A DNA stretch of 64,000 nucleotides, taken from Diplonema japonicum. Its lineage: Eukaryota; Protista; Euglenozoa: Diplonemea. The notes beneath the pieces are model-generated. The model searched no databases. It had not been told where the DNA came from and was given only the letters and a program-made list of their open reading frames with translations. The translations under genes and the position numbers were made by a program. The stretch is from NCBI GenBank assembly GCA_964019335.1, contig OZ025730.1, forward strand, positions 186,001 to 250,000. The letters run 5' to 3'. Each line of letters begins with the position of its first letter. The first letter of the stretch is position 1. Below are positions 1 through 11,338 of the stretch, one piece after another.

Positions 1-2563
1 TGAGCTGCACGTCTTCGACAGTCAGGGCCTTCGTCATCCACGACGGACGGCGCTCTTTATGCAGCACCTCAAAGGCTTCTGAGACTTGCTTGGCATCGTC
101 AGCGTCCATCTCGATCCTTGTCGCGCCAGGGTACACCTTGGCACCGTTCAGCACTGAGTGGTACAGGAAACCCCTGCGGGTCTTCAGGTCGGTGACCTGT
201 TTGTGTAGATGCGGTTTGCTGCTGCTCATCTCCTCCAGCCTCGTGATACGTGCCAAGGATGGCAGTACTTCAGGGATGGTCAGCCTTTTGGCGAATCTGC
301 GGGACAGCATCACTTGGTTGTCTTCAACAGCATTGTCGGGCGAGATCACACTGCGACACGCTTGGTTCACACGCTTGCCCATCAAGTTCGTTCTGAACAG
401 ACCGCTCTTCTTCTCGAAGATCTGCTGCGCACCTTTGCCCGGCTTGTCGCCCATGCTGTCCGCCTGTGCGAACATGATGCGCCTGTAGCTGTCCTGCGCG
501 CTCCTCGCAACGAACTCGAAGGTACGCGGCCGTGCTTTCCAGAAGGCCAGTGTAGAGGACGGGGTGCCGTTGGCCTCCAAGCTAAACTCCTTCTTCAGCT
601 TGGATGACGACAGCTTGCTGCCGATCACAGTGAGGTTCTTGGAGCATGCAAGGAGGTTGCTTATCTGTTTCGTCTGGTCATCTGCTTGAACACCACCATC
701 ATCGCCCTCACGGAAGGGACGGAACTTGTTGGGCCCCAGTTCTACGATCCGGTGCATGAAAGCCTTCCAGTAGTCCTTGGGAGGGATACGGAGGTTGGCG
801 TCAACGCTGCCCGGCGACGAGCACACCTGGTAGAATATCTCGCCGAGGGACTCCTGCTCGCTAAGGAACAGCGCCTCGAGGTGCATCTTGATCTTGTGGG
901 GTGGAAGGTACACGTTGCCTCTGGGTGCGGCTTCCCTCATTGGTTTGCCTCGCCCCGTGCCATCCTTCTTGTGGTGCACAACCTGCCCACCGCCTTTGTT
1001 AATTTCGGTCTCAGACTTGAAGATAGCAAGCTCCTTCAGCATGCTTGCCCACGACGTGTGGCCCATCAGGCCCTCCTGGTTCTGCGCGACCTCGATGTTG
1101 CTGTCCATGTCCTTGCCCGACATGTCGTAGAAGATAGCTGTCTTCTTGAAGTCGGTGATCCGCTTCGGGTTTGCAAGCCCGCAGTGCCTGCAAGCAGAGC
1201 CCGAGGGCACTGACGTGATGAGCCTCCAGATGTCGTTGACGACCTCACGACGCTTGGAGAAGAAGCTGCCTGTGGGCGATCTTTCGTGCATGGGTGTCGT
1301 GACCTCCGCCTCTGCGATGTACTCGTACACGAATCGCATCAGGTCGATGCCTGCCTCGTCTGCCTCTGCTGCTGTGTATGTACACTTCTTGCGAGGTGCT
1401 TCTTCGTTCTCTTTCCCTTTGTCCTGGCCGGTTGCGTCCCATTTCGACACGGCGAACCTTTGGTCCATGACCTCCTCCAGGCCAGGCGTCCAGAGCCTTT
1501 CGTTGAGTAACCTCAGCGAGGCGACCCTCCTGCGCAGCTCGAAGGTGTTCATTCTCCATTTGTGGCACCACCAGCACTTCCCGCGGAGCATCGCGATGAC
1601 GTCGCCCCATTGCAAGGGGTTCACAAGCCACATGTCGCGGGGCATCTTGGAGTAGCAGTAGTGGCCGGGGCATGACGGGGATGGATCTGTGGTCACGGAC
1701 TCCTTCTTGACCTCGACACCGCATGCAATGCACATCATGAGACGAGCTTTCTTTTTGCCGTTCTCACCGCGCCCCATGCTGTGCGCAAGGGATTCGCCGC
1801 ATTGCGGGCAGCCGGGAAGCTTGCCTTCATTGCACGTCGCGCACCATATGTGCCATCTTCCTGCGTTTTCACCTTTCAGTCTGATCTCAACGGAGCCCAT
1901 GCGGGGGTCGTAGAGCCCACCGGCATGGAAGCATGATGGGAAGCCTTGCGATTCATCAGCGATGCGGCCTGTTCGTCGTTTGTCGAGATGCTTGCGGAGC
2001 TTGCGCTTGATCTCGTTGTAAGGCTCGGTTTGGTTTTGGGAGTTGAGCTCATCAAGGGCACGGGCGGTGAGCTGGGTCCCACCAGAGTGAGAAGACTTGG
2101 ATTTCTTGGAAGGTTTCGCTGGTTGCGTTCCAACATCAGATGCATCGTCTAGCCCTATGACGGAATTGATGTCGCTTCTGCCTTGTGAGCGTGCGCAGTC
2201 TGAGAGGTCTGTGTCAATGGGATCCCTGTGGGACATGATGGAGGCACGAGTTACTATTGTTTCAGCGTTTGTGGACGCAACACCGTCGTCGAGGGTTTCT
2301 CTGCTGCCCACGCTTCCTCGGTAGCTTGAGGAGCTGCCGCCTTCGCTTTCTCCCATCATGTTCCTCTTTTTTCTGTACTCGACGCCCCTAGACGGCTGGT
2401 TCAATGATCTCCTCACCCTGCCCTTCGCGCTGCTCAGCATCTGCTCGTCAGTCAAGAGCTGTAGCTGGATTGAGAAATCCGGAGATGCTTGTTCTTGCTG
2501 CAATAAATCCAACCATTGTGCTGGCCTGATGCCTGGCGTGCTGTCAGGAAGCTGACCCGCCAT
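1..2563 (-). CDS. RPA1: DNA-directed RNA polymerase I largest subunit, N-terminal part (runs off the window start)
   Basis: Absent from the ORF track because there is no stop in the window. Manual translation from ATG 2563 stays open and gives GGLYDPRMG, CATC...CPGH, LRGKCWWCHK, PNKFRP, EKKSGLFRTNLMGKRVNQACRSVISPD and VLNGAKVYPGAT, all Pol I A190-type motifs. Confidence 0.93.
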   Translation of the reverse strand, partial: MAGQLPDSTPGIRPAQWLDLLQQEQASPDFSIQLQLLTDEQMLSSAKGRVRRSLNQPSRGVEYRKKRNMMGESEGGSSSSYRGSVGSRETLDDGVASTNAETIVTRASIMSHRDPIDTDLSDCARSQGRSDINSVIGLDDASDVGTQPAKPSKKSKSSHSGGTQLTARALDELNSQNQTEPYNEIKRKLRKHLDKRRTGRIADESQGFPSCFHAGGLYDPRMGSVEIRLKGENAGRWHIWCATCNEGKLPGCPQCGESLAHSMGRGENGKKKARLMMCIACGVEVKKESVTTDPSPSCPGHYCYSKMPRDMWLVNPLQWGDVIAMLRGKCWWCHKWRMNTFELRRRVASLRLLNERLWTPGLEEVMDQRFAVSKWDATGQDKGKENEEAPRKKCTYTAAEADEAGIDLMRFVYEYIAEAEVTTPMHERSPTGSFFSKRREVVNDIWRLITSVPSGSACRHCGLANPKRITDFKKTAIFYDMSGKDMDSNIEVAQNQEGLMGHTSWASMLKELAIFKSETEINKGGGQVVHHKKDGTGRGKPMREAAPRGNVYLPPHKIKMHLEALFLSEQESLGEIFYQVCSSPGSVDANLRIPPKDYWKAFMHRIVELGPNKFRPFREGDDGGVQADDQTKQISNLLACSKNLTVIGSKLSSSKLKKEFSLEANGTPSSTLAFWKARPRTFEFVARSAQDSYRRIMFAQADSMGDKPGKGAQQIFEKKSGLFRTNLMGKRVNQACRSVISPDNAVEDNQVMLSRRFAKRLTIPEVLPSLARITRLEEMSSSKPHLHKQVTDLKTRRGFLYHSVLNGAKVYPGATRIEMDADDAKQVSEAFEVLHKERRPSWMTKALTVEDVQL

Positions 2564-3339
2564 TTTTTTTTTCTTTGTATCCCTCCCCTCGCTCACGTCC
2601 ACCTTTTTTTTTTTTTTTTTTTTGAATGAAAAAAAAAAATAATAATAATAATAATAATAAAAAACTGGTCGTTTTTTTTTTTTTGTATGGAAGAATAGAT
2701 GGAAGTATGGGTGGGGAAGGGAAGAGAGAATAAAAAAATTCACTATAATGGGAGGGGGGGGGGGAGAGAAGTGTCAGCAACGTCGCCCCCCCCCCCCCCC
2801 CCATCACCAAAGAAAAAAAAGAAGGAATAGGGAGGAAAAAAAAGAAGAAAAAAGAAAAAAAGAAAGAAGAGAAGAAAGAAAAAAAGGAATTTGTGGTTTT
2901 TATACTTTTTTACCCCCTTCTCTTTTTTGTTCTCTCCCCGCCTACGCTTTTTTTTTTCTTGCTGGGGCAAAGAAAAAAAGTTTAATCGGGAAGCTGAGAA
3001 GGGGGGGGGGGGGGGGGGGTGTGAAATAGAAAGGGGAACGAATAGAGTAAAATAGATGAAGGAAAGAGGATGGGATTTAAAAATCTTCTTTTTTTTTTTT
3101 AAACATCTCTGACATGCGGGCCTGCCTTTTTTATGATTTTTTTAAAGGTATGCCTTATCTATTCTTTCAAGGAGTCACCCTGGACGACTGTTACACAGGT
3201 GCCCGAGGGGTTGGGTCAAAAATTCCCGGCCATTTTGAAGTCTTCCTTGCTTTTTTTTTTCTTTTTTTTTTCTTTCCAAGCACCTTAGAAAATATGAGGC
3301 TGAAACAACGTATTTCAAAAAAGGATGGAAGGGATCTGT

Positions 3340-3370
<31 letters not shown>

Positions 3371-4034
3371 CATGAGCAGGTAAAAGAAAAAAAAAAAAAA
3401 ATGTTCCCCAAAGTTTCTTTTATCAACAAAGTCCCAAAAGCCTGTTTCATACGCACGCATTGAAAAAAAAGGGGAAAAAAAAGGAGAAAGAAGAACAAAA
3501 AAGCCTTTATACGGAAAAGTGGTTTTTTGAGGGGGTGTTTTTAAAAACAATAAAAGAAAAGGAATGGGGGGATCACCTCGCAGCCAAATTCTTTTTTTTT
3601 TCCCTTCTTCTTTCCTCCCGTTCACGAAAGATGTCATCAACAGGTGCATTCTTGCCCATTGTAATCAAAACCCGCTCAGCTGCAGAAAGGGCCTCCCCAT
3701 AAGGGGCAAAAAAAAAGAAATAACTGAATGAATAAAAAGAGAGTGAAGGAGAAGAATGAATAAAAAGAAAAAAAAGATGTTTTTGAAGGGAGCCTGCAGT
3801 ATGTGACAGGATCGCCTGAAAAAAAAAAGAAGGGAGAAAAAAATATATTTTTATATCATTAACATGATGGGAGAAGCAATTATGCAACAGCCCTGTTGCA
3901 CTGCATTTGGTCCCCCCTATCTATCTTTTGATTCCCCCCCCCCCCCCCCTTTTTTTGTTCTTTTTTCTCCTTCGTCTTTTCTTTCTTCTTCTTTTTTTTT
4001 CCCCCTCCCATTCTCTCGAAATCTACTCTCTTTG

Positions 4035-4068
<34 letters not shown>

Positions 4069-4614
4069 GCCCTTTCGCGCATGCAAGAAAAAAGAGAAAG
4101 GGGAAAAGAAGAGCAAGACAGCTTTTAGCTTCTTTCCCTTACCTGTTACGATTGGGAAAATGACACAACGAAGCGCCCGGGGGGGGGGGGGGGGATTGAA
4201 GAAGTAAAAAAATAGGAGGGAAGATGGGGGGGGGGGGGGAATGAGAACATGATCTTTTTTTTCTTTTTTAAAATGCACACCCTGCGCACTTTTTCGTTCT
4301 TTTTTTTTTTCTGATGCGATGAGAGTAGTCGCCCACCGGGAATATAAAAAAAAAAAATACTTTTTTGTTCTCCGATAGATGCATGTATAAAGAAAGAGAA
4401 AAAAAGTGGGGAAAAAAAAAAAAAAAGAGGGGTCTGAGAATCAATAGAGAACATCTCACTACTATTCAAAGTACTGTGCTAACATTTATCTTCAACCCCT
4501 CCCCCCTTTTTTTTCTCTTTTTTTTTAATTTCGCCTGTATAATCGACTGGAAACAAACTTAACCATACCTGTAATTTACAAGGGTTTAAATAGTTGGGGG
4601 TGGGGTAATTCTTT

Positions 4615-4845
4615 TTTCATTCTACTGAAATTACTTCACACACTCGGGGGCAGTGCTGATTCTCAGCTCACCTGCAGACGCTCCGTTACCAGACCAACAG
4701 GCTGCAATCCTGAGGTGGCAGCGACAGCGACAGCCCCTTTGCAACAAAAAAGAGAACAAAAAAAAAAAAAAGAAAATCATGTTCTGTATTGTGAAGTAAT
4801 TTCAATGATCCACTGCCAAGAAAATGACTTTACTCTCAGTTCCGT
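4615..4845 (+). mobile_element. Degenerate, internally deleted copy of the hairpin/subTIR element at 27901-28643
   Basis: Shares in the same order GAAATTACTTCAC-CACT-GGGGG, GTGGCA..CAGCGACAGC..CAACAAAA, GTGAAGTAATTTCA and C-GCCAAG-AAT--CTTTAC with that element. Confidence 0.6.
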
Positions 4846-4885
<40 letters not shown>

Positions 4886-5570
4886 TAAAAAAGGTGGCCA
4901 AAACAAAAACAAAAAAAAAAGAGTCGGTTGGTTGTTGTTTGTGCACAGCCGGGGTTAACCTGTAGAAGGATAAGCCTAGCAATGCTACCACTGCTCTTTT
5001 TAGCACTAACAATTCATTATCAATATATTGTTTTTCTTGTTCGTGCAAAAAAATAAAGAATAAAAATAAAAAAGAGGAAATATATTAAAAATAAAATAAA
5101 AACTTCAAAGAAAACTTTTTTCTTCGCCTGCAGTGAGGCACCTTAAAAAAAAAAAAGAAACACAATGCCACGTTAGCACTACCAGTTTTTCATAGCAGCA
5201 CAGAAAAATGTGTACTTTTTTTTTTTTTTTTTAATTTCTGTAAAATTTCAACTACCTACCGGACAAAGGCCAATACAGCAGGGTTAAAAGGGGGGAGGGG
5301 AAGAGTTGCTGTTCTGTCCGGGAAAAAAAAAGGAAAAAAAACGTCACGGGGTCCATATTTCTTCCCCGTCGGAAGAGAAACACGCCTATACATGTTGCCA
5401 TGTAAAGTAATTCTCTCTAATCAAACTCGGCAAAAAAAAAAAAGAAAGAAAAACAGCAGAGTATGGTTAGAAAGTCATCAGTTGCTTCTTCACTCCCCAC
5501 CCCTTTTGTGTTTTGAACGCTTATGAAAGAGAGGAAAATAAAAAAGAGAAGAGAATAATAATATAAAAAA

Positions 5571-6145
5571 AATAACTATTTATTGCCAACAAATAATGAG
5601 TCATTATTTAACTCGAGTTCCCGAATTTTTTGCACGAGGGCCCTGCGGGCCCTCGTGCAAAAAAACGGGTAACGAGTGTTAAATAATGGCTCATTTGGCG
5701 GCAAGTAAGTCGTTTTATTTCACTCTTCGTCATTTGAGTCACTCACTCTTCACTGCTTTCACTGCTGTTTTTTTTCACGCAGGTCAGCTTTTTGGGGATT
5801 TTCCTAAGGTAATACAGGGTAGCTATTTCGCCGTGGCATTTAAAGGGGAAGTAAGGCACTTATTCCCACTTTTAAGGGCTGGAATGGCCTCAGATGGCCA
5901 AAAATAGTCAAAATACCCCCACCCCAAAAAAATTTTTCAAGGGGTTGGGTGCATTTTTTTCCACGACAAGACCCATTTTTTCACTCTGAAGGGCCATTAT
6001 TTAACTGCAAAATCTCATTATTTAACTAGTTAAATAATGGCGATTTCGCGTTAAATAATGGCCGTTTCGCGTTAAATAATGGCCATTTCGCGTTAAATAA
6101 TGAGGCCCCTAGTGAGTGAAGAAAATGACGAAGAGTGAAATAAAA
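5571..6145. mobile_element. Non-autonomous DNA element with a long terminal hairpin and subterminal inverted repeats (Crypton- or Helentron/HINE-like architecture)
   Basis: Imperfect ~130-nt palindrome 5578-5710 centred on GAGGGCCC-TGC-GGGCCCTC. TTTTATTTCACTCTTCGTCATTT (5713-5735) is the inverted repeat of AAATGACGAAGAGTGAAATAAAA (6123-6145). Flanked by A tracts and free of the long homopolymers of the surrounding DNA. Confidence 0.75.
6030..6102 (+). repeat. 21-bp tandem repeat x3.5 (TTAAATAATGGCNNTTTCGCG) inside the hairpin element
   Basis: Units at 6030, 6051 and 6072, partial at 6093; inverted CATTATTTAAC copies at ~5995 and ~6016. Confidence 0.9.
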
Positions 6146-8441
6146 AAAAAAGTCTCCAAGTGCATCCTATTAGGCTCTTAGGACGACTTTAAAGTAAGGA
6201 TTTTTTTTTTTCCCACCAAAAAAAGAAAAAAAGCTTCCCCCTACACCGACTTACATAAGTCAGCGTTTTTTTTTTTTTTTTTTTTTTTTGGATTTCTACT
6301 TTAAAAGAATACTTTTGACGGGAGAGAGAAAGATACAGAAGAAAATGAGGCTTAAGCCATACTTCTAAAAAAAAAGGAAATGTATTTAAAAGTGTGTTTA
6401 AAAAAAGAGCCCCCCCCCCCCCCCCGTTTCAGAAATGAAAGCGCTCGTTTCTAAAAACGTTTACCTATGAAATTCTATATTCTTCGTTTTTTGCCGTTTT
6501 TTTTTTCCTTCTTTTTTTTTCTTTTGAACCCAATAGGTGCAGGTTAAGAAGTAAAAAAAAAAAGAAGTTTGTTCCTTCTAAAATGGAGGGGTGGAGAAAT
6601 CGCTGAAAAGTATATTTTCACCTCAAATATTTTCGAGTGAAAGGCCGCAGGCACATGGGGGGGGGGGGGGGGGGAGGGGACATACAAAATTAAAAAAAGC
6701 TTTCTTCTTACACTGTTGCCCTCCCCCGCCTTCCGTCTTCCTCTTGGTCCGTATGCGAAGAAGAGCAAGAGCACAAGATGTGCACTTTATGGACACTTGG
6801 AGGAAGAGGGTTGAAATGTGGTTGATTCAAGGGCTCGCATAAACAGCCCTTTTTTTTTTTCTTTTTTTTTTTTCTTCTTTTTGGCCTCGTCCAGTTGACT
6901 AAAAAGAAAAGGCCAAAAGGGTTTTTTTTGGATTTTCCTTTTTTTTTTTTTTGACAACGGACAAAGAAGAGAAAGAGAAAAAAAAAGGGGGGGAGGGGGA
7001 AATTGGGATAGTGTAACGGGTGTGACAAACAAGGATTCAGGAGAGGACCGAGTGTACCTCGCCAACCTTACGTGTTTGGTTTTCTTTTTTTTTTTTTTTT
7101 TTTTTTTTTTGAAAGCATTGTTTCCAACATTCCACAAAAAAAAAGAGGGGAATGGATGGGTGGGAGGTGGGGGGGGGGGGTTCTTTTTTTCTCTTATTTC
7201 TTTCCCCCTAGTTTGGGCCTCCAAGAGACCGGTTTTCCTAAAAAGCTGGCTGTACCTGAGATAAAAAGGTATGGGTTTTTATATATATATAAAAAAAAAA
7301 AAAGAGACATTTAAGGGTACCTGCGGTATGTGGCAGGACGCCTAAAAAAGAAGAGGGCATCGTTAGTACAGCCAGCTTTTCTCTATATATTTAATGTTTT
7401 TTTTTTTTTTTTTCCTTCTTCTTTCTTTCATTCTTTTTTCTTTTTGCCGCACAAAAAGCTTAAAAGGGAGGGTGGTTATTGGGTTTTTTTTTTTAAATAA
7501 AAGCTATTTATTGCTTTGCCCTGGCATCCCCCCCTCCTTTCTCATTCCGTTTCTTTGGGCACAAGCACAGGAATGAGTTCTACATCCTATAGTTGTATCT
7601 ATAAAAAAAAATTTTTTTTTTGGATTAAAGAAAATCGTTTTCTGACCGTGGCTTCTTTCTTTTTTTTTTTTTTTTTTTTTTTTTTTTGCGTATGATGATT
7701 CTTTTTTCTTTTTATGAAAAAAGTTTTCTTTTTATTTACGTTTTACTGAATTGATTTTTTCTTTCTTTTTTTTATATTTTTTTTTTTTTTAAATATGACC
7801 GACTCCCCCAGGTATGTGTCATTTTTCTTTCTTTCTACAATCCCTTGACAAATTCGGGGATCAAACAATAATTTGTCGTTTTTTCTTCTTCTTCTCTTCC
7901 CCCCCCCCAAAAAAAATACACCTCCCGTCTCACTCCTCTAGACACGAGAAGGAGGTGGAGGTACAGAACTTTTTATTATCTTTTCTTTTCTTTTCTCTTC
8001 TTCTCTTTAAGAGCACGCATAAAGGGAGGGGGGGGGGGGGGGGGGATAAGATTGGTTAGAAGAAAAAAAAGGCTGGGGGAGGAGGGGGGGGGAACTGCTT
8101 ACAAGAAAAGAAAAAAAAAATAACAACAAAAAAAAAAGGTAGACAAACAGCGAGGGCCCTTGAAACCCCCCCTTCACTACCTTTTTTTTTTTTTTTTTTT
8201 TTTTTTTTGGATTCGTGAACTAGTGGAAGGGAGAGGGATTGGGTAAGAGAATTTCTTTTAAAAGAAAAAAAAAAAGAAAAAAAGAAAACAACAAAAAGTA
8301 ATAAAGAAGCGCGGGGAGTGGACAACAAGAAAAATAATTCTCGTTTCTTGGGAACGAGAGAATCTTTACAAGGTCGTTGTACGGTCAGATCAGGATTTTT
8401 TTTTTCTTCATTTTTGCGCTCCCAATCCCTGCTTCTTTATT

Positions 8442-8488
<47 letters not shown>

Positions 8489-8831
8489 CATAACTTGTAC
8501 CCACAAACACATTTTCATTCTTTTTGGTTTTTTTTCTTTTTTTTTTTCTTTTTTTTTTTTTTTCTCTTTTTCATCCCCCTTTTTCGTTCGTTTTTTTTTT
8601 TTTTTTTATTTATTTATTTTGGAGAAGAGAGGGAAGGGGGGGAGGAGGAGGAACGGGGAAACTTAAGCTTCTCCAATAAGCAAGAAGGGCACCCGCCTGA
8701 AGTGGGTTTTTCCATTTCTTACTTTTACTTTTTTTTTTTATTTTCCCTTATTATTTTAATTCCCGTTAGATCACTATGATCAGGTGGGTACACGGCAGGA
8801 CCTTACACTGCTATTGGTGAACTTCAAGAAT

Positions 8832-8833
<2 letters not shown>

Positions 8834-8918
<85 letters not shown>
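8834..8918 (+). repeat. (AG)n microsatellite, ~42 units
   Basis: Directly visible. Confidence 0.97.
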
Positions 8919-8921
<3 letters not shown>

Positions 8922-9649
8922 GAAAAAAAAGGTTAGGGGAGGGGAAAACACATCCTAAGAAGGAAAGAAAGAGAAGGGTGGAATAAAGAAGAAAAGAGGG
9001 CGGGGGAACTATACAACCACGGTAGTTCTCTTTCCCCCTCCTCACCTTCCAGTCTCAATACTTTGCGTGTGACGTTCGTGGAAAAAAAAAAAAAAATTAA
9101 AATAATAACGGAATCGACTGTTTCATTTTTTTTTTTTTTTTTTTTTTGAAATTAAGAAAAAAACCCGACAGCATAAAGCTATCTTGGCAGGGGTTCACTC
9201 CTACTTCGCAAGAGTATCTGGTTTCGGCAGGGTAACGGTTTCCTTTTTTATTTCTTTCTTTTTTTCTTTTTGGGAGAGGGAGAAAGAAGAAGAAAGGGAA
9301 GGGGCAAAACAATGTCTATTCCCCAGGATTGATGTTAATATACTTTGTCAGAAGGTACCGCTACCGGGGAAAAAAAAAAAAAAAAAAAAAACCCACTCTC
9401 CTTTTTTTTTTTTTCATTTCTTTTTTTTTCTTCTTCTTTTTTAGCTGAATTTTAGTCACCGCTAATTTACAACAAAAAAAACCCCTCCCTCCCCCCCCCC
9501 CCCCCCCCCCCCCCCCCCTCAATGTATCCTTAGAAATCCTTTTAAAAAAAAAAATCAGAAAAGAATATTCTCTGACAACTTCTTTCCGAACGTTTTTTTT
9601 TTTCTTCTTTTTTTTTTCTTTTTTTTTTTTTTCTCTTTTCTTTTTTCTT

Positions 9650-11140
9650 TTAACCAGCCCTCCTCTTCGCTGACGCACGGTGCCGCGGAGCAGGCGATGG
9701 CATAGTAGCACTCGACAGGACAAACAAAGCCAAGCAGCTTGCTGACGCCTCTGAAGCAACCTGACGGAGTGAAGCAAAAGGCGACACCGACGCCTGCTCT
9801 TTATACTGAATCGCAAGCCTAGCAGCATGATGCGCCAGCCCAACCTCCTGAGGCGTGTATGCAAGAATCGTCCCTTCAGGCGACCAACGAGCCTCAACAT
9901 CGTCACCAGCAAGACGGAGCACAGGCTCATACTCCATAGGGCAGGAAACCTGTATGGAAATAATTGAATCTGTAGCGTCAGGTGCTGTGCAGTGCGCCGC
10001 CGACACAAGTTTCAGCCCTGGCACTCTTGGGAGCAAGGGGGACAACACACCGAGTTCGGCTGCTTCGCTAGCTTTTCTCCTGCAGCTCAATGGGATCACA
10101 GCGGCATTGGCCGTTCTCAGCACCTCGCCCCCCGCGTGAAGGACGTCATGACTGGGACGGACAACCCATAAGAACGCAGGAGGTTCGCCAAGCTCTTCAT
10201 CAACAATACGAAGATACCTGTAAACCAAAAGGGAGGTCCACACGTTGTTGGCAGCGTGGCGCTGGTGCATTGCGGAGAGGGTTTGGTGCCAGTCGCATGG
10301 CAGCATCTTCTGTTTCAAATACGAGCTTTCTGACGCAAGCCCGAAGTAAGCAAGCACGATGGGCGCTGTGCGGCCGAACCCACACCCACGCCTCACATGC
10401 TTCTCAACCCCCAGGCCTTCAGCACGCGCAGACAATGTCTCGCCGTAGCTAACGGTGTCAAAGAGCCCGTTGACATGCAGTCCCGCCTCGCCCAGCCTCA
10501 GCACATCAGGCGTTGTTTCATGAAGCCCCGAGCCCGACTTCGTGATAGAAGGGTTCGCAAGAAGCCTCACAAGGGTAGGAACGGACCCAGGGCTTTCGTA
10601 GAACCTCGACAAATGAACAAGGAGGATGAGCCCTTGCTTTTGATCGGGGCCGTCTGCGGAGAGTTGGAGCAGGCCAAGCCCGGCATCTTCGAGTTTAGAC
10701 TGCTGCGTGACGCCCTCTGTGTCGAGGCTGATGGTGTCGATGTTGTGCTGTGCGATCCATGCTAGGAGGCGCTGGGCGGCGATTTCGGTTTCTTCAGCGG
10801 TGATGCAGTAGGACAGGTTGCAGGTGGATGGGTAGATGGCCTCGATAGACTCGCAGCGTTCCCAGCGGCGCTTGTCTACCTTCTTCTTCGATTTCAGTTT
10901 CGAAGCAACGCAAGCGTCCGAGCACATGACGCCATCACCGTCCACGTGCCACACGTTGCCAACAGACTTTTCCCTACCGCAGAACCCGCACACCTTTGCC
11001 TTTGCGCTTCTGCACCCTTCCCGCAACACCCACCAACACATGTTGCATGTGTACCGCCCCATCTCACATATCATCGTCCCTTCCTGCATCCCGCAGCATC
11101 TGCAATACACGTCTTGTGCCTGCATGAGCGCTACAACCAT
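9650..11140 (-). CDS. DEDDy/WRN-like 3'-5' exonuclease domain protein with N-terminal Cys-rich zinc-binding motifs
   Basis: 496 aa. ExoI SLDTEG, LGLLQLS, LLANPSITKSG, and CDW...LSAMHQRHAANN in the ExoIII position. N-terminal CxxC pairs including CGFC...CSDAC. Confidence 0.8.
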   Translation of the reverse strand: MVVALMQAQDVYCRCCGMQEGTMICEMGRYTCNMCWWVLREGCRSAKAKVCGFCGREKSVGNVWHVDGDGVMCSDACVASKLKSKKKVDKRRWERCESIEAIYPSTCNLSYCITAEETEIAAQRLLAWIAQHNIDTISLDTEGVTQQSKLEDAGLGLLQLSADGPDQKQGLILLVHLSRFYESPGSVPTLVRLLANPSITKSGSGLHETTPDVLRLGEAGLHVNGLFDTVSYGETLSARAEGLGVEKHVRRGCGFGRTAPIVLAYFGLASESSYLKQKMLPCDWHQTLSAMHQRHAANNVWTSLLVYRYLRIVDEELGEPPAFLWVVRPSHDVLHAGGEVLRTANAAVIPLSCRRKASEAAELGVLSPLLPRVPGLKLVSAAHCTAPDATDSIISIQVSCPMEYEPVLRLAGDDVEARWSPEGTILAYTPQEVGLAHHAARLAIQYKEQASVSPFASLRQVASEASASCLALFVLSSATMPSPAPRHRASAKRRAG

Positions 11141-11338
11141 GTTAATGACTAACTAAGCTGTGGGGGGTGGAGGGGGTGGGGGTTTATAGGTATAAGGGAT
11201 AAAGAAGGTGAATTTAAAAAAAAAAAAAAAAGGAATGATGAGAGGGAACACTTTTGATGATAATAATATAATTTTCTTATTTTTTTTGTTTTTTTCTTTT
11301 TTCCAAACCCCCCCCCCCCCCTCACTCCCTCTCCCACC

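Noticed and set aside
6030-6102. CRISPR array
   Set aside because: Contiguous 21-bp tandem units without spacers, no cas genes, eukaryotic context.
2544-9444. Numerous poly-Lys/Phe/Gly/Pro ORFs in intergenic DNA
   Set aside because: Translations of A/T/G/C runs that lack stops by composition.
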